Positions 13,601 through 24,913 of a stretch of DNA of 64,000 bases are shown piece after piece. Source of the DNA: Botryllus schlosseri (taxonomy: Eukaryota); assembly GCA_051294905.1 (NCBI GenBank), contig CM119372.1, positions 14,944,001-15,008,000 of the forward strand, written 5' to 3'. Under the pieces are notes generated by a model, which was not told where the DNA came from, made no database searches, and saw nothing but the letters and a program-made list of their open reading frames with translations. The translations under genes and the position numbers were made by a program. Each line of letters begins with the position of its first letter. Position 1 is the first letter of the stretch.

Positions 13601-16600
13601 AAGTTTGTGACATCGACACCAAATTCCGAGAAGTTGAAAAAGTACGCAATCGGTTCTGGGTTTCAGGAAGGTTTACCAAAAGGCAGTTATTCACGGAGGC
13701 AACAGCGCCAATGATAAACCGTGTTATGCGAGTTACATGGTGCTCAAACAGTACAATTAATATGTGTGGTCACACTGCTTCAAATCTTCAAACTCAAAAC
13801 GATCAACGGTATTGCAAAATCATTTGTCTGTTTATGCATTTTTGAAGTTGACTAGGCTAATTTCTTGAATCTTGAACTGCTTTAGTGGTTCATAACTATA
13901 TTCAATCCGCCAAAAATTGTAATATTGATAATTCCTTCGTTTACAATGATGGTAGAACTACTGGCCCATTTTGTGAAGCATTCCGCTAGAGGCGACATTT
14001 TGTCATCGTTTGACTGGTTTGAATCCAGCTGCGACCGGAAATTTAGTTTGATATCCCTGCCCTAGGCGGTTGTAGTTCTGTTATAACCTAAGATGTGATT
14101 CACGTCAGTAACGTTTCGTTGAAAAAGGTAGTTATGTTCACTCGCCTACAGTTCAGTATCAGAAGAGAGCGTCTGTCGTGCCAAAGATTCTTAAAAGAGG
14201 CGCGGAAGAGTCTGTTGTCGCAAAACAGAAGGGAGACAGCAACAATCCTAAGTCCACCGTAGATAACGAAGGGTTGTTCGAGAAAGACGGTACGGCAGAG
14301 GACCAGGATTTGAACCATGAGATAGTGGTTGTCGAGAATAGACCTGAGGACAATTATTCCGATGAAATCCGGTCTCGAGAGGATCGGCGAGACAGCGGCA
14401 GGGAGTTTGCGGCGCGAGGTCTCGTGCCGGTTGTGAACCACGGCCAGTTTCGATTTACTGTCGGAAACGGCCAATACCTGCGCAGGAACCCGTACCAGTA
14501 CCGTCCAGTGGTGCGCAGCCATCGACATTTTCATCGCGCCCAGCAGCCAGTTAACCTGCGATACGTGATCGTGCAGCACCCGATTGATGCAGATGGTCGC
14601 GTCAGGAATTCAACAGGTAGCTTTGCCCTATTTTCGCTGTGACAGAATAAGCGGCGGTGATAGCAAGGCGTGAGCTCGTGTGTTTAAGTTTGACGTGGCA
14701 AAGTCAGCGAAGAAAGTTTTAGTGTTTTTTCCTACCCAAAACGTGACCCATATTATGGCTGCCGTTCGTAGTTCAAACGATAGTCATATATTGAATATGC
14801 GAATTTGGTCTGGGTTAACTCGCGATGGCCGCCCTGCATTACATGTTAGTCATTTGCAGAGTCGGTCAGTAACAAAGTCCTACTGCTGCGTAGGTCTCGT
14901 GAAGTAGGTTTTGGGTTCTTCAGTACTGGAGCGGTTGTGATGTTAGACCACTTTTACTCGGACAATTTTGGGCAGAGCTATTTGCTTATTGTTACATTTT
15001 TAGAAGCAGAAGCAGTGTTTTGACGAGTTTGCGTCACTTTTATAGGTGAGGTCGTAAGGACCGTCAACCATGTGAAATAGGCCTCGTGTTATGGTGATTG
15101 AATGTCTTTTTGGCGATGGTACCTGATTGTGAGAGATATTTTGCATTGGTCGCAGAGGCGCAACTTGCAATTTTGAAAGCAGCTGCAAAAAATGTGTGAC
15201 CCCTCGGCAATAACTACTTTTTGAAACTATTGGAGTACTTTTCAGACCTTTGCTGCTACTGTAATTGAGCAGAAATTCATGGCATTACTTCTACTCCTAC
15301 TTGAGTAGTAACGCAGACAACTTTGACGGACCCTGGTAATTTGTATCGCCATGGCAGTTTACTTGAGTGATTCATTAGTCTGATTTTACATGTAAACTCG
15401 CACTCGAGCTTAAATCAAGGCTCGGCCGCAGCAGACTTGAGCTGAATGCTTCACCGTAGCGCTACAAAACGCCTTCAACCGTATCTTTCGAAACAGATCC
15501 GGCCACGGCCACGTGGGCAGCCATTGCCCGAGGCAATCCGAAGCCAGTCGCAATGCCCCCGCCGGCCGACATGTCGCGGCACATGGCCCAGCAACCGCCG
15601 CAAGGCATCCCGCAAGCTTCACAAGGCAGCAAGTATGTGTTTTTGTTTCCTAGTGTTGTCCGCTATGGCGTTATTGACGTTTTTGTGACATTTCGCAGCC
15701 CTATCCAAGTGCGCTCGGACCACACATACACGTGGGCTCCCAACCTCAACTACGCCGCTGTCAACGTGCAGCAGACTCCGATGGGCAACGCGCGGCCCAT
15801 GCATCACGGGGGGGCCAGCATGCAAATGCAGATGCCTCCGAGGGTCCAAGGTCAAATGGCTGGCGTCGTGCAGCAGCAACAAACCATACTGCCGAGGCAG
15901 AAGATGCCTTCGCAAGGCGCTGTGGGTCCGCCGAAAAATCAGACTTCGCCCCAGCAGGCTGTCCACGCGACGAGCACGTCCGAACAAGTCGAGCTCCATG
16001 CTCCCAAACCAGAAGGTATGTGTTTATCGATTCGCCAGTTATTAGGCACTTTGTGGCAGACTTGGACATCTGAATAATTCTTGTCTAATCAGAGAGAAAT
16101 GCCGGTAATATAATTTGTGTAATTTCATTTTTTCTAATTCTAATCTAATTCCCCCTTTTTGGGAAAGAATTGAACCCTGCGAAACGAGCCAAGCTCGCTG
16201 TACAGACATTTGCCATCTTCGCGCTCAAATGCGAATGCAGTCTGATTTAATATGAACTGAAATTGATTCGATTTTCCGCCAACTCAGTACTTCTAATCTA
16301 GTTTGGAAAACACTGTAGCTATAATTCTAATTTTGGTCTAATTTGCAAAAATCTGTGTAGCTCTAATTCTAATCTAATTTGTAACTGCTGAAAATTTTCT
16401 AGTTGTCCTGCTGGAAACAATTTGGCATTAGAAATTAATATCTAAGATACGTCAATATTGTATTGATGAATTCGACAATGAATACGGAGTATGGGAGTGA
16501 AGTGTATATATGCGGTATATGTATGTATGTACCAAGTATTCGGTTTAGGATAGGGGTAGGTTTAGGGTTAGGGGCCACCAAGCGCCGAGTTCACTGGTAG

Positions 16601-19600
16601 CCACTTCTCGTTGTGGAGAGGGACGCTGTATCGCGTTTCGGGACTTGACGACTGCTTTTTTGTAGATGGTAAACACGGCCGGAAAATGACGGAATCGCCG
16701 TCTGCTCAGACCGCTGCTTCGACCAGTAACACGAAGAAACAGCTGCAGGAGTTTCATCGTAACTTCAAGGTGGGCTCTAGTTTCTGTGTTGTTGGGCTTT
16801 TCCCTTGTGAATCTGTTCGGAGTTGAGCTCCTTTTTCTGCTCTTGTAATCTGAGCAGGCAAAATTTTCTCTACTCTCGGCTAATTGCGGTTTTCGTTGAA
16901 AAATCTCATTGGCGACGAGGGACATTCCATTATGGTTACGTCATGGTTATGTAACTTAATCAAAATATGATCGAATCTGATAAGTAAGGACGGTATGGCA
17001 ACCTTTTATAATACATAATGAAGTTATTTTTTGTATAATTCTGAAGTTCTGCTCCCCGAACGGCTCATTTGAATTCTAATTGAACCTTTGTTCTGCAGCT
17101 TCCAAGCGAGATCGGAAAGGACACCGCGGCATTACACGGTTCGAGCAAGTCCATGCCGAGACAGTCGGGACCTCCTCAACATTCCGCGGGTCAACCAAAC
17201 GCACAGCAACAGACGTATCCAGCCCATGCCGGCGGCATTGTGCAGCAGCCACATCCAGACCACCCGTCTCAAGGCGCTGTGCCGCCCGGCGTGCAGGTTA
17301 ACCCGGGTCAAAACCCTGGCACACAGCAAGTCAAGGGCCCTGTGTCCCACCACACGCAGCAAATCCCTGGCGCCTCGCCCAGCATACACGACTTTGCCAC
17401 GCCCTCGCACCTGCACAGCCAGATGCCTGGTCCGAGTGGCGTGCCGGGGCAGATTATTTCGGATAAGTCCAACATGGCGGCGATGCGTAAGCCAAAAGGA
17501 GAGAACAGTTACGCGTCGCCTAACATTCACGTCGCTGTCTCGCAAGTGCCGCAGACCAAGGCGTACGCGGTGATTTCGGTGAGCGCGCCCAACGTGCATC
17601 CGATCGTTTCGCACCATCAATCGACAATGGCAGGGAGCGGTAATAATTCAGCGCAAAGGAATCAGAGACACTCGCCCGCTGTGGACTCTCAAGGTACGGT
17701 ATTTTTTTCATTTCCGACTTTGCATTTATTTCCAAGCATGCTCCTGACCATACCTTGAGTTTGGAAATATGATTGTATTTTACCGGTTATCAGTGAATTC
17801 GGCATGTTAAATTCCGCTCTTGGCAGCCCTACTACTTACCCTAGCCCACCACACCATCAAACTTTAACCCTAGCCTAATCCCGGACCCGAATACGTTGAT
17901 ACATACCAACAACTGCCATATACCACAATTTACAGTCTTGTTTGGAAAAATATTCATTCCCGAATTTATTAATTCAATATTTATGCATCGATTTTATAAT
18001 AATAATAGTTGTTACATGTCCAATGCCAAATTCACTGACAACCGTTTTACTGACTTGTTAGAGTAATTCCTCTTTGCAGCGCTCGATTTCGATGCTTGAA
18101 GTATTGTTTTGTGAATAATGTCATGTCACCTTTGTTTTGAAAAGGTCATCCTTACGAGTTCGACCGATTTCCAACCAATCAGCACAATTTTTTAATTACA
18201 GTTTGCGATTCACCACCGTTTTAACGAGGCTATCTAGATGAAGTTCATTGCTTTCAGGCTAATCAACATCATATTTTAATTTTCTTTAATCAGCAAGATC
18301 AACAAGCTATATTTTCAACGGTCTTAACTGTCGATAACCATTTATTCGCACAGTCAATTTAGTAACTCTGATTGCATATCGTCCTTTGTTTTGTGACAGG
18401 ATCTTCTCCGCCCGCCGCGCCGTCGATTGAGCCGAACGCGCAATCCGAAACGGGTGAATCTGGCGGAGCCCAAATTTCACTGAATCCGGAAGCTCGGGAA
18501 TTCAAACCGAGGGCGCCGGGGGTGAGTGCTACTCTTGGGATTGTCTAATCGGTCAGGGTTGCTTGCTACTCAATTACAAGTAGAAGTAGCTGTTTCAAAG
18601 ACAGCTACACTATGAGTAGTCGATAAATGAAGATCTCAAAAGTCTCGAGTCGGTGGGTTATACTCATACGTGACACCCTTTTAGCTGTTAATCGGAGGTG
18701 CCCGCTATCCGAATTCCAGGGTTCATCTTTGCGATTAAATGGAAATGACCAATGACATACAAATTTTTGAAAACGTATTCGGTTACCCTTACCGTGGTAG
18801 AGAGGCTGTGTTGTTGACCGGTTGTCATCGGCGTTTCGCTCGTAATAGTGATGCGAGCCTGTCCCAAAACTACCTTGCAAGTCCAAGTTTTAGAAATTAG
18901 CAGTTTTTCTTTAAAAGTGAGTAGAGGTGGAAGTCTGAAAACAGGCCTAGTCAGACAAGTAAGCAAAACCTACTTGAGTAGGCTACTCTGAAAAAGTACA
19001 AAAACTTGTCACTGAGCGTTTCTAGTGCTACTTTACGGAGGAGCGAAATCGTGAATGCCGGGTTATTTTAAACCGCTAACCTGCTGTGTACGTTGTGTGT
19101 ATCCAACTTATCCGCGCGTGTCAGCTCGCAGTACATAAAGTCTCTATTCTTGCAGAAAACGGCGGTGACAACGCAGCCTACTACGCAGGTACAGCAAGTA
19201 AGTACGCCGGGTCTCCCGAGTCTTGTGCCGGTTCATCACAGACCCTTTTGTTTTTCAGGCGCCCTACGTCCCGCACGGTCAAATGCTGTCGCCGATGCAC
19301 CAACTCGTGCCGCCCACGATGTACCACGCAGGTAGCTAGCTGTCTTTGCAAAGACGAAAGTCTACCTCTGGTTGTGTGTAAACGCGGTTTCGCTTTTTCT
19401 CAGGTTCCATTATAGACACGCAGGGTATGATTTATCAACACACGCCGGGTGTGATGTTCCCAGCGCAGGTATGGATGTGTAGTTACTAGCGGAGTCTTGT
19501 TGCGTAGGTTTTGTGTACTTGCACTATTTACAAAAGTGGTTATATTTATAAATTACTTGTAGTTTCGCACGATAGCTTTTATTTTTTTGGGCAAAAGCAG

Positions 19601-22600
19601 GCCTAGAATACTTTGTCTTGGAGATAGTGACTTGTACTCGACTAGAAATTAGCGACGATATCTCGACTACACGAGTATCAACAGTTCTCAAATGTTTAGG
19701 CAAAATGTAGGCCTGGTTACTTTCTCGTCACTTGTAGATCGATATTTGTGCTTCAGTATAAACTTGTAACCTTGATACTACATTTTTTTGTGACGTTCCT
19801 ACTACATTTCTCAGTTTTGGGGAAAACTAGACCTTGAATACATACTTTTCAACACACTCGGAAATCAATACTTGCAGTTGAGTAGAAATTGACAAAGTTG
19901 CTTCTAATTTTACTCGTGAGTCGACAGTTTTTTTCTTTTGGTAAAAATTGGCCAGGAATACTAACTTTTTTTCACTTACTTAGAATTTTCTACTTGTATT
20001 TGGTTCTATTTCTACTGGAGTACCAACCACGGCTACACCTGAACCCTTGTACTTTTTTCCAGCCTTACCACCATCTTCCGCAGATGGTGTCCACCATGCC
20101 GTCTCAGCAACAGGTACTTGTCGCTAAAGTCCGTTCGTTATGTTTGATTGAGCCTTTTTCGACGCGTCTCACTTTCGCAGATGCAGCAGTTTGCCGCGTT
20201 TGAAAACCCGCAACAGGTCTACCAGGGCCCCGGGCCGCAGCCCATGCTGCATTCCAACGCCAGGGTGGCAATGCCGCCGCATATGCAGCAATATGCCGCC
20301 GAGCAGGGCCAACATCAAGTGTATCAAGGTATTTTGTTTCGCTGTGCCGCTCTACGTAGAGAGTTGTTTATGGACTGTGATTTGTCTTTAGTGCCGGTAC
20401 CTCCTCAGCAAGCGTACATGCCGTCGCAAGCAAGACCCCATTCCGCTCACACCCCCAATCAGGTGAGTGGTTATATTTTTAGACTATTATACTTCTACTC
20501 AACAATTTCATGTGCGAGATTGTCCGAACTGGACGAAATAGCCCCTGTTTCAGTTTATCTTTAAAAATTGCACTATTTATGGTGTCTTTAGTCACTTTGC
20601 GTAAGTCGCTATACTTGCGAAGATGCACTCTGCTATTTTGAATGTTGACAACTTTGATTTACTGGTAAAAGTATGAACAAATTAACTATTCATTGGTCGT
20701 TTCTGTTTCAGGGTGCGCATGCCACGGCGACCAGCCCCGCGTCCCAGCCCGTGCAGCAGCAGCCGACTCACGCCGTCAACGTCAACCACCCCGCGCCACC
20801 ACCCATGGTACAGCCGCCACCGGGCGCTCAGCCGCAGATGTTTTTCGTGTCGCAGTCGCACCACCCGCACCTGGGCCAGACGCCCGTGCCGGCCCAGTAC
20901 ATCACAGCGCCGATGCAGACCTCGGCGTCTATGGCGAACGTGGTGCCGCAACAGAAGGGCCAGCACCCGCCCGTGTCGTACGTGCCGCAGCAGTGTGAGT
21001 CAGCGTGACCTCAGGGTTGCATTTTCTATTGAATATATTATTGAATAAATTATTCAATTGTACATTGTGTACATAAAAGTTTTCTAACTAATATTTTCAG
21101 CTTTTCCAAATCATATTAGAATTATAATTATAGCTGCACTGCTTTTTCCAAATAGATAACAATGCAACAAAAATGAAGGTCGGCTCAGAACATATCACAG
21201 TTCTTACTCATCAGCATTAGAATGTTAAATATCAGTACACCAACCTTGCTCCGTTTCGCACTATACAGTTCTCTTGTAGCATTTTTCGGAAAATCAGACT
21301 TCGGATTAGTATTAAAATTAGAGCATAGAAACATTTCACAAATTTGGTGATGCGATTGTTGATATACAATGTTCTTTCCGATTCTCTACTAGTTGCTGAC
21401 GAGTCTACCGTCAACATTCGGGTTCTTTTCCGTGTAAATATACTATTATAGATTGAAATTCTGTACCTCTAAGCAGCTCTTGTTTCAGTATGGATATATT
21501 ATTCAATCTTATGTTTCCCAAACCAGATAGGTGCTAGTCAGGGGTTCTCAGCCGTTCTTTGCCCGTGGCCCATTTTCCGGTTTGGAAATGTTCTGTGGCC
21601 CACCTCTTATCCTGTAGTCGTTGTCCCGTTCATGGCGTTGTCATTGATGGCGCCGATATGCCTATTCCTCTAAAATATGCGCATTTTTCTCTTACTGATC
21701 ATTACAAATGTAGACCTCCATAGTAATGAAATCGCATAAAGCGCGACGAAAAGTTTCAAGTTGAATAAAACTCCTCCAACAAACAAACGACCAAAGAAAT
21801 TTGGGCCCCTTTGAGCTCCCCCGAATGGAGTTTTAGGTGCGGCAGTTACGGTTCTGGGAGATCGTTTACATTAAGATGGCCGCTGTTTCACTCGCGTCGT
21901 GAACCCCAATAATCTAATCCTTGCATCCACTGTGTGAACCAGCTTCAAACAATTCTTTGGGTTACTGCACAGAGTGCACAGATGTGGAGAAAGAATATTT
22001 CAACGTCTAAGCGGTCTGTACAATGTCTGTCCTATAGTATGTCCTGTATCTACTGAAGTTGCGATATCAGAACATTGAATCCAATGGTGCAATCATTTCA
22101 TGTGACTCTTACATTATGTATAATGATTTCAAGGCCGAAAATTTTGAACTGACTCCGAGCATTAATGTGCTGCGCTAAATCCTGAATACATTACGGTTCG
22201 TTGAGATCGTGACGTATACTTCGGTAAAAAGATAAATTGATAATAAATTGCGATTATAGCTTTTTTATATTACAATAATACCACCGGCCAAGGTACCGTA
22301 AATCTACATCAAATACACTTCTGTCCGAGTTTATTGCACACCCCTTTCAACGACATACGACCCTGCTGGAATACTTGTTCACTTCAGCACTAACTTCAAG
22401 TTAATATATAACCGAAACTATTTTCGTTGCCGTTAGCCGTAGGTTGTCGTAGCCGGGGCATAAAAGCCTTCGTTTCCCCTCCCATTTTCGACTTGTAGAT
22501 TGCGACTCCATACCTTAACAAATATAACCTAATTGTCACTAGTTCTATAATATTCCAAATAGCTCTGTGGACCACCTCAAATGCTCCTGTGGTACACCAG

Positions 22601-24913
22601 TGGGCCATGGCCATGGCCCACCCTTTGCGAACCCCTGTAGGTAGATTATCATTGACATTTCACTCTAATCCAGGGGTTCTCATAGGGTGGGCCACAAGAG
22701 CATTTGAGGTGGGCCACAGGGCTATTCGGAAAATTTTAGAAATAATGCAAGTTTAGTAGTATTTGTTGTGTTAATCGCTAAAAAATAAATTCATATTAGT
22801 TGATTATACGTAGGCTACATAAAGCTTTTCATCCGACTCTGATGAGACGTAGTGGTACATATGGAGTCAGCATTTCAAGTCGAAAATGGGAGGCAGAAAC
22901 GGCGGCTTTTTCCACTGGCTGTGACCAATGTTCCATCTAATTTTGAACGAGTCTGCGCACACTCACCAACTCACTGCGCAGACCCTTGGAAAACAGTGCG
23001 AAACGACTTTAACCCTTTCACCGCGGGTGGATCCTATAGGATCCATGCACAGTTTTTCACAAACACGCTTCAATCAATTAACGACATCTTGCGTTGTAGG
23101 GGTCGTAAACGGTTACAATGATCGTCTAGAAATAGCGATTGTCGATACGCATACGACCAGCTATATATAAACCATTGCCTTATGGCATAACCTGTTCAAA
23201 ATGCAGTTTGAATACAGAAAAACGTTTCCCGCAAAATACAATGTGTAGCTCAGTTCGCCTGAATGAACGCTAATCTTATAATTCCTTACATCTTCCGTTC
23301 TACACGTCGTAAGCAGACACAGTTGTCGTCTTAGGGTAGCTGTTGATCGCAAGAGTTCATTTCAACCATAATATCGGCAATTAGTTGGATAGAACACGCT
23401 TCAAATTGGTGAGAAATATAGCAATGTTCTGTTACGTGAAAAATGCCGCGCACGTATGAGCATTGGCACATAAGGCCATATACATTCCCTTACGATTGTC
23501 TTACACAGTTGAATGTCACACACATAGTTAGATGCAGTCCATAACACTTCAACAAGATCAGTATCACGAAGGTTGATCGTATATAAGTTACGCGAAGCCA
23601 GTGCTAACCACTGCAGACATGGGTGTGGAAGTTGGCGCGAGTGTACGGTATTCGCGCCTGTAATACCAACATCATACAGACAGTTGAATCATCCGTTTTA
23701 TATATGTTATCCTTGAGCAGTGTAGTTTGTCAGTATTCCACTTATGATTGAAATATATTGTATTGTGCCAAACGTAAATATATCGTTTTACTTGAATATA
23801 TATGCCGCGATGCGCATGCGATACACAATAAACCATATTGACGGCATAGCTGTGCCTGAGGAAGCATGGAGGAGTTGCAGGTTATCACTACCTGTCAATT
23901 CAACCACCATGGATTCATCTGTTGTTGTTCAAAGAGCAAGGTTTATTTCAACGCATAGCAATAAATCGTACAACTGATTGATAGGCAATTACCGATTATA
24001 TACAATGATATTGTGACGGCCAGACTATCACAACAACGCGCGCCGCGTGTGTGAGCCTCGTTTGCAAGATGCGCGACGTTGAGCACGTGTTACATAAACG
24101 GCCTTCACACTCGACTGTGTTACGGTATGAAGCTCACTCAGGACATTTTAGAAAGGTGATATTGCTGTGAAATCAGTCAGGCGATGATTTCACCCCGAGA
24201 GCGTCTATGTATGACGTAGTGGCAAATTCAGTAACAAAATTCTCTTCTAATTTTTCAAAACCTGAAACACTTCTTCTCATAGCGCTTTCAGCTCTCCCAG
24301 CTGATCAATCCGAGTAGCTCAGTTGGTTAGGCAGCTGTTTCCTGCTTACAACGATATATTGGGTGTTGGTTCAAGTCCCACTGTTCGGATTTTATGATCT
24401 TTTTCGTGAGAGCGGTAAAATTTGGACTCGAGGCCGACCGCGGAGATAGGGTTAAAAAGGTCATCATTTTGGATTTTTTGTGGGCAACTTAAATTTTCTG
24501 TGCGCAGAGACCGTGTCAGCTAGAAGGGGCCCAAGATTATTTCGTTGGTCGTTTGTTGGAAGATATTCATTCAACTTGAAAAAATTTTCGCGACTTCATG
24601 CCTCGACATGTTTATATTTTAATTTCATCAGTAAATAAGAAAAAAAATGCGCATATTGTAGAGAAATAGGCATATCGGCGCCGTCGATTACCACGCATTG
24701 AGCAGGATTATGACATTGAGATTAGAGGTGGGCCGCAGCACATTTTTAAACCGGAAAATGGGCCACGGCCAAGAAAGGGCTGAGAACCCCTGCTCTAATC
24801 AGTCTCATCAGATAACTAGGATCACGGTATCTAATTGTGCAAGTCTGCACCCAGGAGTCTCTTCAAATTGTTTTGTCTCTGCAGATGCAAAGTACCAGCC
24901 TCCCAATTCGTAA
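4686..24913 (+). CDS. ATXN2: Ataxin-2 family protein (LSm + LsmAD + PAM2, long Q/P/H/M-rich disordered C-terminus), 27 exons, about 1,360 aa
   Basis: Hand-spliced GT-AG model with consistent phases. First exon 4686-4723 (alternative 1780-1799), then 5527-5566, 5927-5983, 6042-6113, 6620-6794, 7143-7383, 7526-7687, 8483-8569, 10316-10366, 10427-10639, 11313-11380, 11441-11565, 12447-12717, 14152-14616, 15497-15632, 15699-16015, 16666-16769, 17099-17693, 18400-18521, 19156-19197, 19259-19331, 19404-19468, 20063-20113, 20181-20328, 20392-20462, 20712-20994, 24885-24913. Recognised motifs: LSm (YEGTYGNSRLANTMLSLMGKKCVTKVRNGAVYEGLF), LsmAD (NGWDADDMFKANEEKYGVKSDYDSSLSKYT...RANRLAQEIE...EEDKFSAV) and PAM2 (SLNPEAREFKP). 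First and last exons are the least certain. Confidence 0.93.
11715..12165. repeat. Interspersed MITE-like repeat; second copy at about 57968-58462
   Basis: Shared blocks such as CAGCTTCCTAAATAC...TGTAGTATGGTG...GGAAGAATCTTAT and GCCAACATTGAGTTTTGCT..AGTGCCTTGGATACGGAA. Confidence 0.75.
12817..13240. mobile_element. Degraded copy of the GACTCGAGTC-rich hAT-type MITE family
   Basis: Starts CAGGGTTCTAACCAAGTC, ends ACAACTCTG; similar to 41618-42221. Confidence 0.7.
13485..14059. mobile_element. hAT (Charlie-like) MITE
   Basis: CAGGGATGTCAAAC ... GTTTGATATCCCTG TIRs; near-identical 8-bp flanks CCTTAGGC/CCCTAGGC. Confidence 0.75.
18477..18512 (+). other. PAM2 (PABP-interacting motif 2) coding segment of ataxin-2
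   Basis: Translates SLNPEAREFKPR, matching the LNPxAxEFxP consensus. Confidence 0.9.
21130..21425 (+). mobile_element. Degraded Penelope-like 3' fragment related to 54349-54690
   Basis: GATTGTTGATATACAAT..TCTTTCC.ATTCTCTACTAGTTGCTGACGA matches the reverse complement of 54385-54440; the hammerhead core is lost. Confidence 0.6.
21539..22637 (-). mobile_element. hAT-type non-autonomous element, inverted copy of the 22671-24792 family
   Basis: CAGGGGTTCTC...GAACCCCTG termini; both ends are reverse complements of the ends of the adjacent copy; TSD not clean. Confidence 0.8.
23013..24451 (+). mobile_element. Non-autonomous piggyBac-like element
   Basis: TTAA on both sides; termini CCCTTTCACCGCGG / CCGCGGAGATAGGG; the first about 690 bp closely match 60518-61200. 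Confidence 0.85.
24308..24390 (+). pseudogene. tRNA-like relic inside the piggyBac-like element
   Basis: A-box TAGCTCAGTTGG, B-box GGTTCAAGTCC and complementary ends ATCCGA/TCGGAT, but no proper anticodon arm. Confidence 0.55.

Larger units (their letters stand above)
22671..24792 (+). mobile_element. hAT-type non-autonomous element carrying a nested piggyBac-like insertion
   Basis: TIR CAGGGGTTCTCA; exact 8-bp TSD CTCTAATC at 22663-22670 and 24793-24800. Confidence 0.9.

Noticed and set aside
14100..21048. Overlapping and antisense ORFs across GC-rich ataxin-2 exons
   Set aside because: Expected shadow frames of GC-rich coding sequence with no independent support.
22838..22850. Other CTGATGA matches as hammerheads (also near 25720 and 37848)
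   Set aside because: No correctly placed GAAA or supporting stems.
24308..24390. Functional tRNA gene
   Set aside because: No coherent anticodon arm, the acceptor stem is out of register, and it lies inside a transposon.
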